This document shows, piece after piece, positions 1-9,655 of a DNA stretch of 64,000 nucleotides. Each line of letters opens with the position of its first letter. Within the stretch, counting starts at the first letter, position 1. The notes below the pieces were generated by a model. It had not been told where the DNA came from. It ran no database searches and worked only from the letters and a program-made list of their open reading frames with translations. The stretch lies in NCBI GenBank assembly GCA_947627185.1, contig CANQVF010000008.1, positions 6,403 to 70,402 of the forward strand, in the 5' to 3' direction. A program made the translations under genes and the position numbers. Source of the stretch: an uncultured Clostridia bacterium. GTDB taxonomy: Bacteria; Bacillota; Clostridia; TANB77; CAG-508.

Positions 1-870
1 TCACCTGCTGAAAATAGGTTAATTCCTCCAAAAGCAGAAATGATTTTTCTAGGTGCCCCTACTGGCGCTGGTAAAGATATTTTTGTTAAAAAAATTATGT
101 CAGATAATCAAGATAAATATTTTGTTGTTTTAAATATGGATATGTTTAGACATTATCATAATGAAATTTCTACAGAAAATCAAACAATATCTGACAAAAA
201 TTTTGCTAGAGTAACTAATCCAACATCTTATGAATTATATTACATTATTCAAGAAATAATACTAAGAGAATTTCCTGGTACGAATGTTATTGTAACAGGA
301 ACTATGAGAGATACAAATTGGATTAAACAAATTGTTAACAGATATAAAAATAATCCTAAAACTGATTATTCTGCTTCTTTATATACACTTGCCGTGCCTA
401 TTACAGAAAGTGCATTTTCTATATTTGAGAGATACTTAAATTTAGTACAACATAGAGGAAATTCTAGTGAACCTTTGAGATATACTGATTTACAATATTA
501 CGATGATACAATTCAAAATTTTTTATCAACAGTTCATTACTTTGAAGATGATTATCATAATAATCCAAATAAAAGATTATTTGATTCAATAAAAGTATAT
601 CGTAGAAACACAGATATATTTAATAATTCTGAAAATACGCTTATCTTTGATACAAACATTCCAAATCAATCAAAATGTGCTTATGCTTGTATTAGTGAAA
701 TTATGAGTAAACCTGCTGTAATAGATGCAAATAGAATGTCTCGATTATTAACTATAATAGAAGAAAATCGTGATTACTTAAAATCACAAAATCTTTATGA
801 ATCTATTTTAATTGATTTAAAAAATACTTTGCCACAACTAAATAAAAATTATGAAGATATATCAAAATAA
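1..870 (+). CDS. Zeta-toxin-family P-loop kinase; the 5' end is probably outside the window
   Basis: The frame is open from base 1 through the listed ATG at 40. Walker A motif GAPTGAGKD lies near the N-terminus. Size and layout fit the zeta toxin / AAA_33-like kinase family. Confidence 0.5.
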   Translation, partial: SPAENRLIPPKAEMIFLGAPTGAGKDIFVKKIMSDNQDKYFVVLNMDMFRHYHNEISTENQTISDKNFARVTNPTSYELYYIIQEIILREFPGTNVIVTGTMRDTNWIKQIVNRYKNNPKTDYSASLYTLAVPITESAFSIFERYLNLVQHRGNSSEPLRYTDLQYYDDTIQNFLSTVHYFEDDYHNNPNKRLFDSIKVYRRNTDIFNNSENTLIFDTNIPNQSKCAYACISEIMSKPAVIDANRMSRLLTIIEENRDYLKSQNLYESILIDLKNTLPQLNKNYEDISK

Positions 871-887
871 TTGATATATCTTTTTTT
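854..887. terminator. Hairpin terminator between convergent genes
   Basis: A 12-bp perfect stem, aagatatatcaa / ttgatatatctt, with a 5-nt loop overlaps the stop codon and is followed by a T run. Confidence 0.55.
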
Positions 888-906
888 ATACATAATTAAA
901 ATTATT

Positions 907-1806
907 TTATAAAGTTGCGCCAATAATTCCTGCATCATTTTTAAATTGTGCAGTAGTTATTATTCTTTTATCTTTATTAAAAGTTGAATTTGGTTTATTA
1001 ATTTCTTCAATTAATTTATTTAATACCGGATGTCCTTCATAATATGAAAAACTTCCTCCAAAACAAATTATTTCGGGTTCAAAAATATCTATTAAATTAC
1101 ATACCCCTATTCTTAAATAATCAATAAATTCATTTATATCGTTTTGAACTTCATCATGATATTTAACCATAATTTGTTCTCTTAAATATTGTCCTGAAAT
1201 ATCTGAACCATCTATTTTTAAAGTATTTGTTATTTTTGTTTTTAAAGCTTTAATTGAACAATATCTTTCAAAACAACCTTTTTTTCCACATGTACATTCT
1301 ATTCCATCTTTCACAAGAGTCATATGCCCAAATTCAAAGCCAGAATATTTTTTGGGTTCTAATAATTTTCCACCAATAAAAGCTGCTCCACCAATTCCTG
1401 TTCCTATATTTATAAAAAGACAATCATCATAGTCTTTCATTGCACCATATACTTTTTCAACAAGTCCTGCACATTTTCCATCATTTCTAACTTGAACTTG
1501 CAATTTATATTTTTCTATTAATTTAGATTTTAAATCATATTCTTTTAATCCCAAATTCCATGAAGTTATTTTTCCATCTGTTATTGTTCCAGGAGATGCA
1601 ACACCTATTTTTTCTATATTTTCTATTTTTATATTATGTTTATTTAATAATTCATTTATGAGTTCATCAATATTTCTTAAAATTGCATTTTCAATATCAT
1701 TTCTATCTTCTTTTGAAAAAAATTTATCTACTGTATCTACTAAATTATAATCTTCTACTAAACCTATTCCTATATGACTTCCACCTAAATCAATTCCTAT
1801 TTTCAT
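907..1806 (-). CDS. ROK-family sugar kinase (glucokinase-like)
   Basis: N-terminal MKIGIDLGGSHIG ATPase motif and the ROK Cys motif CTCGKKGCFERYCS. GGAGG lies upstream of the ATG at 1806, so the longer track ORF (start 1869) is probably an over-extension. Confidence 0.8.
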   Translation of the reverse strand: MKIGIDLGGSHIGIGLVEDYNLVDTVDKFFSKEDRNDIENAILRNIDELINELLNKHNIKIENIEKIGVASPGTITDGKITSWNLGLKEYDLKSKLIEKYKLQVQVRNDGKCAGLVEKVYGAMKDYDDCLFINIGTGIGGAAFIGGKLLEPKKYSGFEFGHMTLVKDGIECTCGKKGCFERYCSIKALKTKITNTLKIDGSDISGQYLREQIMVKYHDEVQNDINEFIDYLRIGVCNLIDIFEPEIICFGGSFSYYEGHPVLNKLIEEINKPNSTFNKDKRIITTAQFKNDAGIIGATL

Positions 1807-1829
1807 ATGTATAACCTCCAAATTTAAAG

Positions 1830-3140
1830 TTAAATAAACAAAAAACCACCTAAATATAATTTTATACATGGTATTAAAAATAAAATTAAAAATAGTAATA
1901 ACGTAATACTTATTAGTACGTGAGAAATATCTGTTAACCTTTTTAATAAAATTTCAACTTGATTTTCTATTTCATCATCTAAATATTCTATTGTTTTTCC
2001 AAGTGTTTTGGATAAATTATTTTTTTCACTTTTTTTCATCATTTCTATTATTATTGAATTAAGAATTTTTGTTTCTTCAAATGGTATTATCCATGATTTT
2101 CCTATATATAAATTGTTAATAGCATCTTCCACTTTTGATATCATATATGTATTAGTAATTGTATTTTTACTTATTTCCAAAGCATCTTGTATCCTCATTT
2201 TGCTTTGTAAATTTAAAAATATACTTTTTATAACTCTTGAAAATTCAATTAAATATGTAATTTTTCCAAATAAAACATTAGTATATTTAAAATAATCATA
2301 TTTGTATCTTCCTTTATCTGTATTAATAAATTTAATTATTCCAAATATAACAGTTATAATTAATGCTACAAATAAATACCAAAATTTTGTAATAAATTTA
2401 ATTACATTTATTATGAAAGAAGTAATTTTTGGAAGCTCTATTACATCATTAGTTGTTTTAATTATTTTTTCAAAATTTGGTATAACAAATAATGTTGATA
2501 TTATTAATAATATTATCATTACAATAAACATTACTACACTAGGCATTACATCATTTCTTATTTTTTCTTTTATTTTTACTTCATGATTTAAATAATTTAT
2601 TGAATGTTTTAAATATTCATTTAAATTTCCTGTTAATTCTCCTGTTTTAATAAAATTAACATATACTGGAGAAAATATATCTGAATACTCATTCATTGTT
2701 TTATACATTAAATTTCCAGCTTCAACACTTTTTAATATTTTATTTAATACTTGCTTAAAATAAACATTATTTGTATTTTTTATAATAGCTATTAATGCCC
2801 TACTATTTGTAAAATCTGATTTTCTAAGCAAATACAATTCTTTAGTAAATTTTTTTAATTCATTTAATGAAACTTTATTTGAAAATGAAATATTAATATT
2901 TTTATTTAAATCTATAGTTTTTCTCTTTTTAGTATGTATAATTGAATTTACTTTTTTTTGTTTTTTTGAATGTTTGTTTAAACTTTTGAAAGAAGGAATA
3001 AATAGTTTTTTTTCTATACTTATTGGAGTTATTCCATTTCTTTTTAGTTTTTTTATACAAGTTATTTTATCATTTTCATTCATAACAACTTTTGTTATTT
3101 GACCTTGCGGTGTTCTTATTTTACATACAAAACTATTCAT
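1830..3140 (-). CDS. pilC: Type IV pilus / T2SS inner-membrane platform protein (GspF/PilC family)
   Basis: 436 aa with a soluble N-domain followed by polytopic TM segments, the typical GspF layout. It sits in an operon with pilM/N/O-like genes. Confidence 0.75.
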   Translation of the reverse strand: MNSFVCKIRTPQGQITKVVMNENDKITCIKKLKRNGITPISIEKKLFIPSFKSLNKHSKKQKKVNSIIHTKKRKTIDLNKNINISFSNKVSLNELKKFTKELYLLRKSDFTNSRALIAIIKNTNNVYFKQVLNKILKSVEAGNLMYKTMNEYSDIFSPVYVNFIKTGELTGNLNEYLKHSINYLNHEVKIKEKIRNDVMPSVVMFIVMIILLIISTLFVIPNFEKIIKTTNDVIELPKITSFIINVIKFITKFWYLFVALIITVIFGIIKFINTDKGRYKYDYFKYTNVLFGKITYLIEFSRVIKSIFLNLQSKMRIQDALEISKNTITNTYMISKVEDAINNLYIGKSWIIPFEETKILNSIIIEMMKKSEKNNLSKTLGKTIEYLDDEIENQVEILLKRLTDISHVLISITLLLFLILFLIPCIKLYLGGFLFI

Positions 3141-3172
3141 ATTTCCTCCTTTCTATAAATTTTTAATTTTCT

Positions 3173-4183
3173 CTAATAAATATTTATTGGTGCATATTTA
3201 GTTCTATTAAAATTTTGATAATATATATTACTTTCATCACCCAATTTTGTCCAAACTCCATATATTCCATCAAAACTACAATCATCTGAAATATTTGATA
3301 TTTCTTCTCCTACTCTATTTAAATATAAATATTTTCCATTTAAATATTGGAAATCCATTTTAATAGCTCTTTTACTAGTTCCATATCTAAAATATGTTAC
3401 ATCATCTTTAATAGAAAAATTAGGTATCCAAACATATATATAATTAGTTACATCTAATACTATATTATCATAATTAACAGAAGATTTTATATTTCCGTTT
3501 TCATCTATAAACAAATCCTTTATATTATCTGCATCTCTTGAAAATATTAATACTTTTGCCCATTTTTTTGCTGAATAATTATACCATTCTGAATCATTTG
3601 TATTTGTTGTAACAAAATTTCCTAAAGTCTTAGAAAATTTTATTGGAATAATATCATATTCATCACTATTAAAATTTAACTCTTGAAAATATGTATCACT
3701 AATAACAGGGCTATTACATTCTTCTATATTTTCTCTTTCTATTGCAGAACTAATCTCAAATTTTTCCTCTTCATTAAAAACTTTATATCGTACAATTATA
3801 TTTACTTCCTTAACAATATCAAAATTTTCACTGGATCTAACTGCTGTAAAATCTATTATATAATCTTTTGGTATTTCTGTTCCGAAAAAATTTTCATCAT
3901 ATTGATTTCCATCAATAATTATATTTTGTGTACTTTCATTTATCTTTTTTTGAACACCAGTTCCAGCCAAATTTTGAATATACTCATTTAAACCATCATA
4001 AGTTCTTGAATTTATATTTTCTAATATATTAGTTGCTATTACTGTTGCTTCTATGTTTTTATTTACATGTTGTATTTGTTTATTTAAATCAACACAAATT
4101 AAAGTAATAATAGTTACTACTACTGCTACTATTACTAATGAAAAAAGTAATTCTATTGGTATTGTCATTTTTTTTATAGTCAT
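3173..4183 (-). CDS. Large pilin-like protein with a degenerate prepilin N-terminus
   Basis: N-terminus MTIKKMTIPIELLFSLVIVAVVV aligns with the canonical KKGFTLIELLVV: the Glu and IELL are kept, but the Gly at -1 is replaced by Met. AGGAAA lies upstream of the ATG at 4183. The rest is a ~300-aa soluble domain. Confidence 0.45.
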   Translation of the reverse strand: MTIKKMTIPIELLFSLVIVAVVVTIITLICVDLNKQIQHVNKNIEATVIATNILENINSRTYDGLNEYIQNLAGTGVQKKINESTQNIIIDGNQYDENFFGTEIPKDYIIDFTAVRSSENFDIVKEVNIIVRYKVFNEEEKFEISSAIERENIEECNSPVISDTYFQELNFNSDEYDIIPIKFSKTLGNFVTTNTNDSEWYNYSAKKWAKVLIFSRDADNIKDLFIDENGNIKSSVNYDNIVLDVTNYIYVWIPNFSIKDDVTYFRYGTSKRAIKMDFQYLNGKYLYLNRVGEEISNISDDCSFDGIYGVWTKLGDESNIYYQNFNRTKYAPINIY

Positions 4184-4211
4184 TTTTATTTTTCCTAAAT
4201 TATAGTAAATT

Positions 4212-4240
4212 AGGCATATACATAAAACATGCACATGCCT
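4212..4240 (-). terminator. Intra-operon hairpin directly after the small pilin-like ORF
   Basis: On the minus-strand RNA, aggcaugugcau / auguauaugccu forms a 12-bp stem (two G-U pairs) with loop guuuu, followed by a U-rich stretch. Confidence 0.4.
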
Positions 4241-4263
4241 TTTAAATTCTTAAATTATAAAAC

Positions 4264-4443
4264 TTAATTTTGATTTTTATCTATCACAGTTTTATTTTCA
4301 ATATTATTTGCTATATTTTGTTCAATTTGGTCTACAATTCCATTATCTTGAAAAGCAACATATGTTGTAACTCCTACTAAAAGCATTAATACTATTACTG
4401 TTATTACTAGCCTAAGTCTAATAAAACCTTTTTGTAATTTCAT
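4264..4443 (-). CDS. 59-aa ORF absent from the supplied ORF track, with a prepilin-like leader (MKLQKG|FIRLRLVITVIVLMLLVG...)
   Basis: My own translation of the minus strand. A strong RBS (AAGGAG) lies 7 nt upstream of the ATG. It has a short basic leader ending in Gly-Phe followed by a hydrophobic helix, and it lies inside the T4P operon. Confidence 0.4.
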   Translation of the reverse strand: MKLQKGFIRLRLVITVIVLMLLVGVTTYVAFQDNGIVDQIEQNIANNIENKTVIDKNQN

Positions 4444-4456
4444 TTATATTCTCCTT

Positions 4457-5020
4457 TTATTTAGAACTTTTATTTTCAAAATATTTTCCTGGTGTAGTAT
4501 TTGATGTAACATTTGCTACATTATTATTCTTCTCTTTATTTGTAACTTCATTTTTATTATCTTCTTTTTTCTCAGTTTCAACTTTTTGTGAAACTACATT
4601 AGCAACAACATTTTCTGCAACAATATTTTCTGTTGTGGCTGTAATATAATTTTTTACTTGTGCAGTATTTGTACTAGTATTAGTAGCAGGTGGTATTGCT
4701 TCTTCAGGAGAAGAATTTTCTGAAAAAGGATCCTTTTTTCCACTAGTATATGAATTGTCAGCTTCATAAGCTACTAAATCAGCTTCATCTATACTGTAAG
4801 ATTTTAAAACTTGATTTGCTTTATCTTCATCTGACATACCACTATTTTTTTCAATTTCTTCTAAAGCTGTATTTACTTCTTCTGATGTTTGATATTCAAT
4901 TGAAGAAATTGCTTGACTTGTAGAAGAAATACTATCATAAAACAATATTCCAAAAGCAAACATTATTACTATAAAAAGTAGTATCATAATAAATAATTCT
5001 TTAATCATATTTGTTTTCAT
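4457..5020 (-). CDS. Membrane-anchored protein of unknown function in the T4P operon
   Basis: N-terminal hydrophobic helix (MIKELFIMILLFIVIMFAF) with a Glu near its start, followed by a low-complexity acidic / Asn-Thr-rich region. No recognised domain. Confidence 0.55.
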   Translation of the reverse strand: MKTNMIKELFIMILLFIVIMFAFGILFYDSISSTSQAISSIEYQTSEEVNTALEEIEKNSGMSDEDKANQVLKSYSIDEADLVAYEADNSYTSGKKDPFSENSSPEEAIPPATNTSTNTAQVKNYITATTENIVAENVVANVVSQKVETEKKEDNKNEVTNKEKNNNVANVTSNTTPGKYFENKSSK

Positions 5021-5042
5021 TTATAAATTCCTCTCATTATAA

Positions 5043-5702
5043 TTAATTTTCAATATTTGAAGTTTCTTCTGTTAATGTAGAAGTTGATGTTGGAACTGAA
5101 GATAAATTTCTATTATTTAAAGGTACTTCTTTAACAGTGAAAGTCGCTTGTAAATTTTCTCCACCTTTTTCCATCAAGAAATTACTTATTTCAAACTTTA
5201 ATTGATCATCATCTTCTAAGTTATATATAAAATCACTTATAGCAACATAATCTCCTGTTATTGTGAAATTTAAATCACACATAACATAATCTGATGATAC
5301 AGCTGTTGCAGTTGAACTTCTTACAAAATCTAATTGTAATTTTATACCTTTTTGAGTAGCATAATTACCAATTATTGTCCATAAAAAGTCCATATCATAT
5401 AAATCTACTGAATTATATAAATTTTGATTGGTTATTTTTCCTTCTTTTGATAATTCCTCATATCTTGCTTTTACTTCATTATATTTATTTACAGCAGAAT
5501 TTAAAGTATTTTTCTTTTCTTCAAATTTATTATTATTTGTTGTACTCAATTCTGAGAGTATTGCATTCTTTTTTAAGCTTATTTCTGTTATACTTTTATA
5601 ATTGTTTACTTTAAAATTTCCTATTCCAAATCCTATAAACATTGTTACAAATAAAATTAAAGCTAAAATAATTAAAATTAATATTAATACATATTTTCTC
5701 AT
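5043..5702 (-). CDS. pilO: PilO-like pilus assembly protein
   Basis: Single N-terminal TM, a coiled-coil segment and a C-terminal alpha/beta domain. It lies immediately downstream of, and overlaps by 4 nt, the PilM-PilN fusion gene. Confidence 0.55.
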   Translation of the reverse strand: MRKYVLILILIILALILFVTMFIGFGIGNFKVNNYKSITEISLKKNAILSELSTTNNNKFEEKKNTLNSAVNKYNEVKARYEELSKEGKITNQNLYNSVDLYDMDFLWTIIGNYATQKGIKLQLDFVRSSTATAVSSDYVMCDLNFTITGDYVAISDFIYNLEDDDQLKFEISNFLMEKGGENLQATFTVKEVPLNNRNLSSVPTSTSTLTEETSNIEN

Positions 5703-7300
5703 GGCAAATCTCCTTCTATTGTAATTTGAACAACAGAATCACTTTTTGTACCACTAGTTGATTGAACATTTACTAATAAATTGTTATTTTTTATTGCTGC
5801 TACAAAATATCCTAACTGTTCATATTTTTCTGATACTGCTTCTATTACAATATGTTTATCCTCTGTATTTTCTATTGAAACAATTTGTACTTGTTGAGGA
5901 ATTGTAAACATAATATTTGTTAATAAATTTGGTATTGAATCCTTTTCTATAACTCTATTATTCTTAGTATTTTCAGTTGCTTCACTTAATGAATCTACGC
6001 TATCTATTATTGAAGAATAAGTATTTGTATAACTTTGTATTTGAGAAATTTGACTATCTATCATATTAATTTGATTTTTAGATTCTTCTAATTTCTTGTT
6101 TGCCACTTCAATTTTTTTATTACTATCACTTACTATAATTCCACCAAATGTAATAAATATTATTATTGCCATAACAAAAACAACAATTAATCTAGTAATT
6201 AATTTTTCTTGTATACTAAAAGGTTCTTTCCAATTAGTTTCTTTTATATCTTCTTTTGAAATTTTTATATTTTCTAAATCGATATTTTCAAATTTTGATA
6301 CTGGAGCAAAATTTAAATCTTTGTTTATAAAACCTAATCCATCTAGTGCAAGAGCTATTGCAGAGTTAACTTCAATATACTCTTTTGTAGGTATTTTTAG
6401 TGATCCTGGGTCTATAAAAAATGGTTTCAATACTTCACATTGTATACTTTTGAAATAATCTTGAAAATATAAATCTATATTACTTATAGTAGCTCCCATA
6501 CCTGTAATATAAACTTTATCTATATTTTCATTAAAACTATTTAATGTTTTTTTCATTTCTTTAGCTATTTTATCTATAAAAGGCATTACAACATCAAAAT
6601 ATTCGTTTTCATTTTCATCTAAACTAGTAACTTCATGATTATAAATAATAATATTTTTAAATACATCATATGCTTTTTTCCAAGATAACTCTAAAGAATT
6701 TATTTTTTCTACTATGTCTCCAAGTCCTGTACTTAAAATATCTACTCTACTAATTTGTCCATCTATAACTGTTGTAATTTTTGTTTCATTTTCTATGTTT
6801 AAAATTGCTATGTTTTCATGTTCATTAACTTCTACAAGATTTGTTATACTAGTAGAAACAGGTGTCATTGAAAACAATTTATAATTAGATAATATATTAA
6901 TTTTCTCATCAATTTCTTTTTTATTAGCAGAAATATATAATGCTTTGTATTTTTCATAATCTTCTTTATTATCCATTAATAAATATCTTGATTCAAGAAG
7001 ACTTTTATCATAACCTTTTTCATTACATAGCATTTCAAATTCTATGTCTAATGATTTTGTAATATCTTTCTTTTCTAATACAGAAAATACATCGAAATAA
7101 TTGTATAATTCATTTGATATGTTTATACTTATTGGAACTTTATAACTATTTGTTTCAACAATAACTTTTTTCAATGCATCTTCTAAGTTTTCAAAGGTTT
7201 CAACATTAAATGCTTCTACTTTAAAGGTATCTTTGTTTTTACTTAATTTAGCATATTTTATTAAGTTTTTATCTACATAAATTCCTAAACAACTTGACAT
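5699..7300 (-). CDS. pilM: PilM-PilN fusion protein (actin-like ATPase domain + TM + coiled coil)
   Basis: The first ~350 aa have a PilM/FtsA-like fold signature. This is followed by the TM segment LITRLIVVFVMAIIIFITFGGIIV and a PilN-like C-terminus, as in clostridial pilMN fusions. Confidence 0.7.
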   Translation of the reverse strand: MSSCLGIYVDKNLIKYAKLSKNKDTFKVEAFNVETFENLEDALKKVIVETNSYKVPISINISNELYNYFDVFSVLEKKDITKSLDIEFEMLCNEKGYDKSLLESRYLLMDNKEDYEKYKALYISANKKEIDEKINILSNYKLFSMTPVSTSITNLVEVNEHENIAILNIENETKITTVIDGQISRVDILSTGLGDIVEKINSLELSWKKAYDVFKNIIIYNHEVTSLDENENEYFDVVMPFIDKIAKEMKKTLNSFNENIDKVYITGMGATISNIDLYFQDYFKSIQCEVLKPFFIDPGSLKIPTKEYIEVNSAIALALDGLGFINKDLNFAPVSKFENIDLENIKISKEDIKETNWKEPFSIQEKLITRLIVVFVMAIIIFITFGGIIVSDSNKKIEVANKKLEESKNQINMIDSQISQIQSYTNTYSSIIDSVDSLSEATENTKNNRVIEKDSIPNLLTNIMFTIPQQVQIVSIENTEDKHIVIEAVSEKYEQLGYFVAAIKNNNLLVNVQSTSGTKSDSVVQITIEGDLP

Positions 7301-7600
7301 TTGCCTTTTCTCCTTTGTTATATAATTGCAATATTTTTAAAATAGCATAGTAATTGCAAAATTATATATTTATATGTATATTTATATATTTTTTTACAAA
7401 AAAAGTCAATATTTTACACAGTTTTATTAAAAAAAGTAATACTAATGTAATATTCTATTTTTATATATCGTTTCCATCTTTTATATAAACATACATATGC
7501 AAATTTTATGTGTGTGTATTTTATTTAAATTTATATGCATAATAAATGAATTTTTTGGAAAAATACAAAATATATAATTTTATTTTAAGGAGATGATTTT

Positions 7601-8065
7601 TTGAAACCTATTCAAAGTAAAGAAGAATATCAATCATATGTTGATGATAAAACACCAAATTCACCAATTTTAAAAAATTGTTTTAATGCATTTTGGGTTG
7701 GTGGTCTTATTTGTGCAATAGGACAGATAATTTTTGAGCTTTGCACCTCACGTGGCATTGATGAAACAAATGCTTATACAATTGTTTCAATGAGTTTAGT
7801 TTTTGCCAGTGCTTTTTTAACTGCACTTAATATATTCAATAAAATTGGTAAATTCGCTGGAGCAGGTTCATTAATTCCAATAACTGGTTTTGCTAATTCA
7901 ATAGTTTCACCAGCTATGGAATATAAATCTGAAGGTTATGTTATGGGAGTTGGAGTTAAAATGTTTACAGTCGCAGGTCCAGTACTTGTATATGGTATTT
8001 CTACCAGTATTATTGTTGGATTATTTTATATACTGTTTAATACTCAAAGTTTAATTTTAGTTTAA
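7601..8065 (+). CDS. spoVAC: Stage V sporulation protein AC
   Basis: A 154-aa polytopic membrane protein that is first in a three-gene unit with spoVAD and spoVAE. TTG start 8 nt after AAGGAGATG. Confidence 0.85.
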   Translation: MKPIQSKEEYQSYVDDKTPNSPILKNCFNAFWVGGLICAIGQIIFELCTSRGIDETNAYTIVSMSLVFASAFLTALNIFNKIGKFAGAGSLIPITGFANSIVSPAMEYKSEGYVMGVGVKMFTVAGPVLVYGISTSIIVGLFYILFNTQSLILV

Positions 8066-8114
8066 CTTAAGCTTTATTTAAGTAATATTTTATTTAAAAA
8101 GGAGATTTATTTCT

Positions 8115-9119
8115 ATGAAAAAAGTTGGAAATCAAAGTTATATTTTAAATAAACCAGTAAACATTGCTTCTACTGCTTCTATTGTTGGTCCAAAAGAAAA
8201 AGAAGGTCCTCTTCATCAATTTTTTGATCAATGTTTAGAAGATGAATTTTGGGGAGAATCAAGTTGGGAAAAAGCTGAGAGTAAACTTGTAAAAGAAACT
8301 GTTAGTATGGCAATTTCTAAGTCTGGACTTGCCTCTTCTGATATAGATTTTTGTTTTGCAGGTGATTTACTTAATCAATGTATTGCTTCATCTTTTGGAT
8401 TAAGAGAAACAAATATACCTTTCATAGGATTATTTGGTGCTTGCTCTACTTTTATAGAATCTATGATAATGGCTTCTGCTCTTATAGATGGTGATTTTGC
8501 TACAAATACAATTTGCACTGCTTCTAGTCATTTTTGTAGTGCAGAAAAGCAATTTAGATTTCCATTAGAACTTGGTAATCAAAGACCACCTTCTAGTCAA
8601 TGGACTGTCACTGGTTCTGGTGCTGCAATTCTTACTAAAGAAGGAACTGGCCCTTTTATAACTAGTTTTACACCAGGAAAAATTGTAGATATGGGAATAA
8701 AAGATGCAAATAATATGGGTGCTGCTATGGCAGGAGCTGCTGAAGATACTCTTATAACTCATTTTAAAGATACTGGTAGAAATCCTAGTTTTTATGATGT
8801 AATTCTAACAGGTGATTTAGGACATATTGGAAAAGATATTTTAATAGATTTAGCAAGTTCTAAAGGATATAATATCAAAGCAAACTATAATGATTGTGGT
8901 GTTCTTATGTTTGACAAAGAAAAACAAGATACTCATTCAGGTGGTTCAGGATGTGGTTGTATTGCAACTGTATTTTCTGGATATGTTTATCAAATGCTTC
9001 AAGAAAAAAAATATAAAAAAGTTTTAATGATAGCAACTGGAGCTTTAATGAATTCTACAAGTACTCAACAAGGTGAATCAATTCCAGGAATTGCACATGC
9101 TATTAGTATAGAATTATAA
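8115..9119 (+). CDS. spoVAD: Stage V sporulation protein AD
   Basis: Alignable along its full length by eye to B. subtilis SpoVAD (GPKEKEGPL, AGDLLNQ, FGACST, SSH..AE.QFR.P, GGSGCGC, ATGAL). Confidence 0.9.
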   Translation: MKKVGNQSYILNKPVNIASTASIVGPKEKEGPLHQFFDQCLEDEFWGESSWEKAESKLVKETVSMAISKSGLASSDIDFCFAGDLLNQCIASSFGLRETNIPFIGLFGACSTFIESMIMASALIDGDFATNTICTASSHFCSAEKQFRFPLELGNQRPPSSQWTVTGSGAAILTKEGTGPFITSFTPGKIVDMGIKDANNMGAAMAGAAEDTLITHFKDTGRNPSFYDVILTGDLGHIGKDILIDLASSKGYNIKANYNDCGVLMFDKEKQDTHSGGSGCGCIATVFSGYVYQMLQEKKYKKVLMIATGALMNSTSTQQGESIPGIAHAISIEL

Positions 9120-9169
9120 TAATATTTTATAGATTTTTCAAAATCTAAATTTTTTTAAGGAATTATTTT

Positions 9170-9538
9170 ATGGATTGGATGATGATTTTTAAAGCCTTTG
9201 TTATTGGAGGCGCAATTTGTGTTATTGGACAAATTTTAATAGATAAAACAAAACTTACTCCTGCAAGAATATTAGTAGCCTATGTTACAATAGGAACTAT
9301 TTTAGGAGGACTTGGAATATATAAATATTTAATTGATTTTGCAGGTTGTGGAGCTACTGTTCCACTTACTGGTTTTGGAAGTTTACTTGCAAAAGGAACC
9401 ATATCAGAAGTTCAAACAACTGGTTTTATAGGAGCCTTTACTGGTGGTATTAAAGCTGCTGCTGGTGGAATTTCTGCTGCTATATTCTTTGGATATATTG
9501 CTTCTTTAGTTTCAAAACCCAAAATAAAAAAACAATAA
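9170..9538 (+). CDS. spoVAE: Stage V sporulation protein AE (SpoVAEb type)
   Basis: A ~120-aa membrane protein related to SpoVAC, in the third position of the spoVA unit. Confidence 0.8.
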   Translation: MDWMMIFKAFVIGGAICVIGQILIDKTKLTPARILVAYVTIGTILGGLGIYKYLIDFAGCGATVPLTGFGSLLAKGTISEVQTTGFIGAFTGGIKAAAGGISAAIFFGYIASLVSKPKIKKQ

Positions 9539-9626
9539 AAAAATTTAATATTATGATAAATATTTTAACTATATATAAATTAGGTTTATATTAGCTTTTT
9601 AGGCTTTTTTACTTAGCTTATGTTTT

Positions 9627-9655
9627 TTGATTTTTTATAATATTTATGCTATAAT
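9627..9655 (+). promoter_or_regulatory. Sigma-A-type promoter candidate for the G+C-rich secreted-protein gene
   Basis: TTGATT, a 17-nt spacer ending in TGc, then TATAAT (extended -10). Confidence 0.45.

Noticed and set aside
2008-2586. Plus-strand ORFs 2008-2295 and 2302-2586, and similar track ORFs antisense to longer genes: 3683-3991, 5375-5614, 6096-6458, 8565-8762, 12895-13188, 13608-13826, 14206-14491, 16170-16385, 17308-17538, 23083-23328, 24366-24593, 26274-26492, 26719-27129, 30787-30978, 31064-31297, 36023-36229, 42505-42705, 43076-43306, 43909-44187, 46843-47123, 49263-49469, 51682-51876, 60450-60695, 60738-60929, 63256-63546.
   Set aside because: All lie entirely or mostly inside, and antisense to, longer ORFs with recognisable products. 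Their translations are low-complexity Ile/Leu/Phe/Ser strings with no RBS. These are the typical shadow ORFs of AT-rich DNA.
7537-7566. Forespore (sigma-F/G-type) promoter upstream of spoVAC: GCATA ... GGAAAAATAC.
   Set aside because: The match to published -35 and -10 consensus sequences is only partial and the spacing is ambiguous in this AT-rich stretch. It is plausible biologically, since spoVA is sigma-G dependent in Bacillus, but the sequence does not support it well enough to list as a feature.
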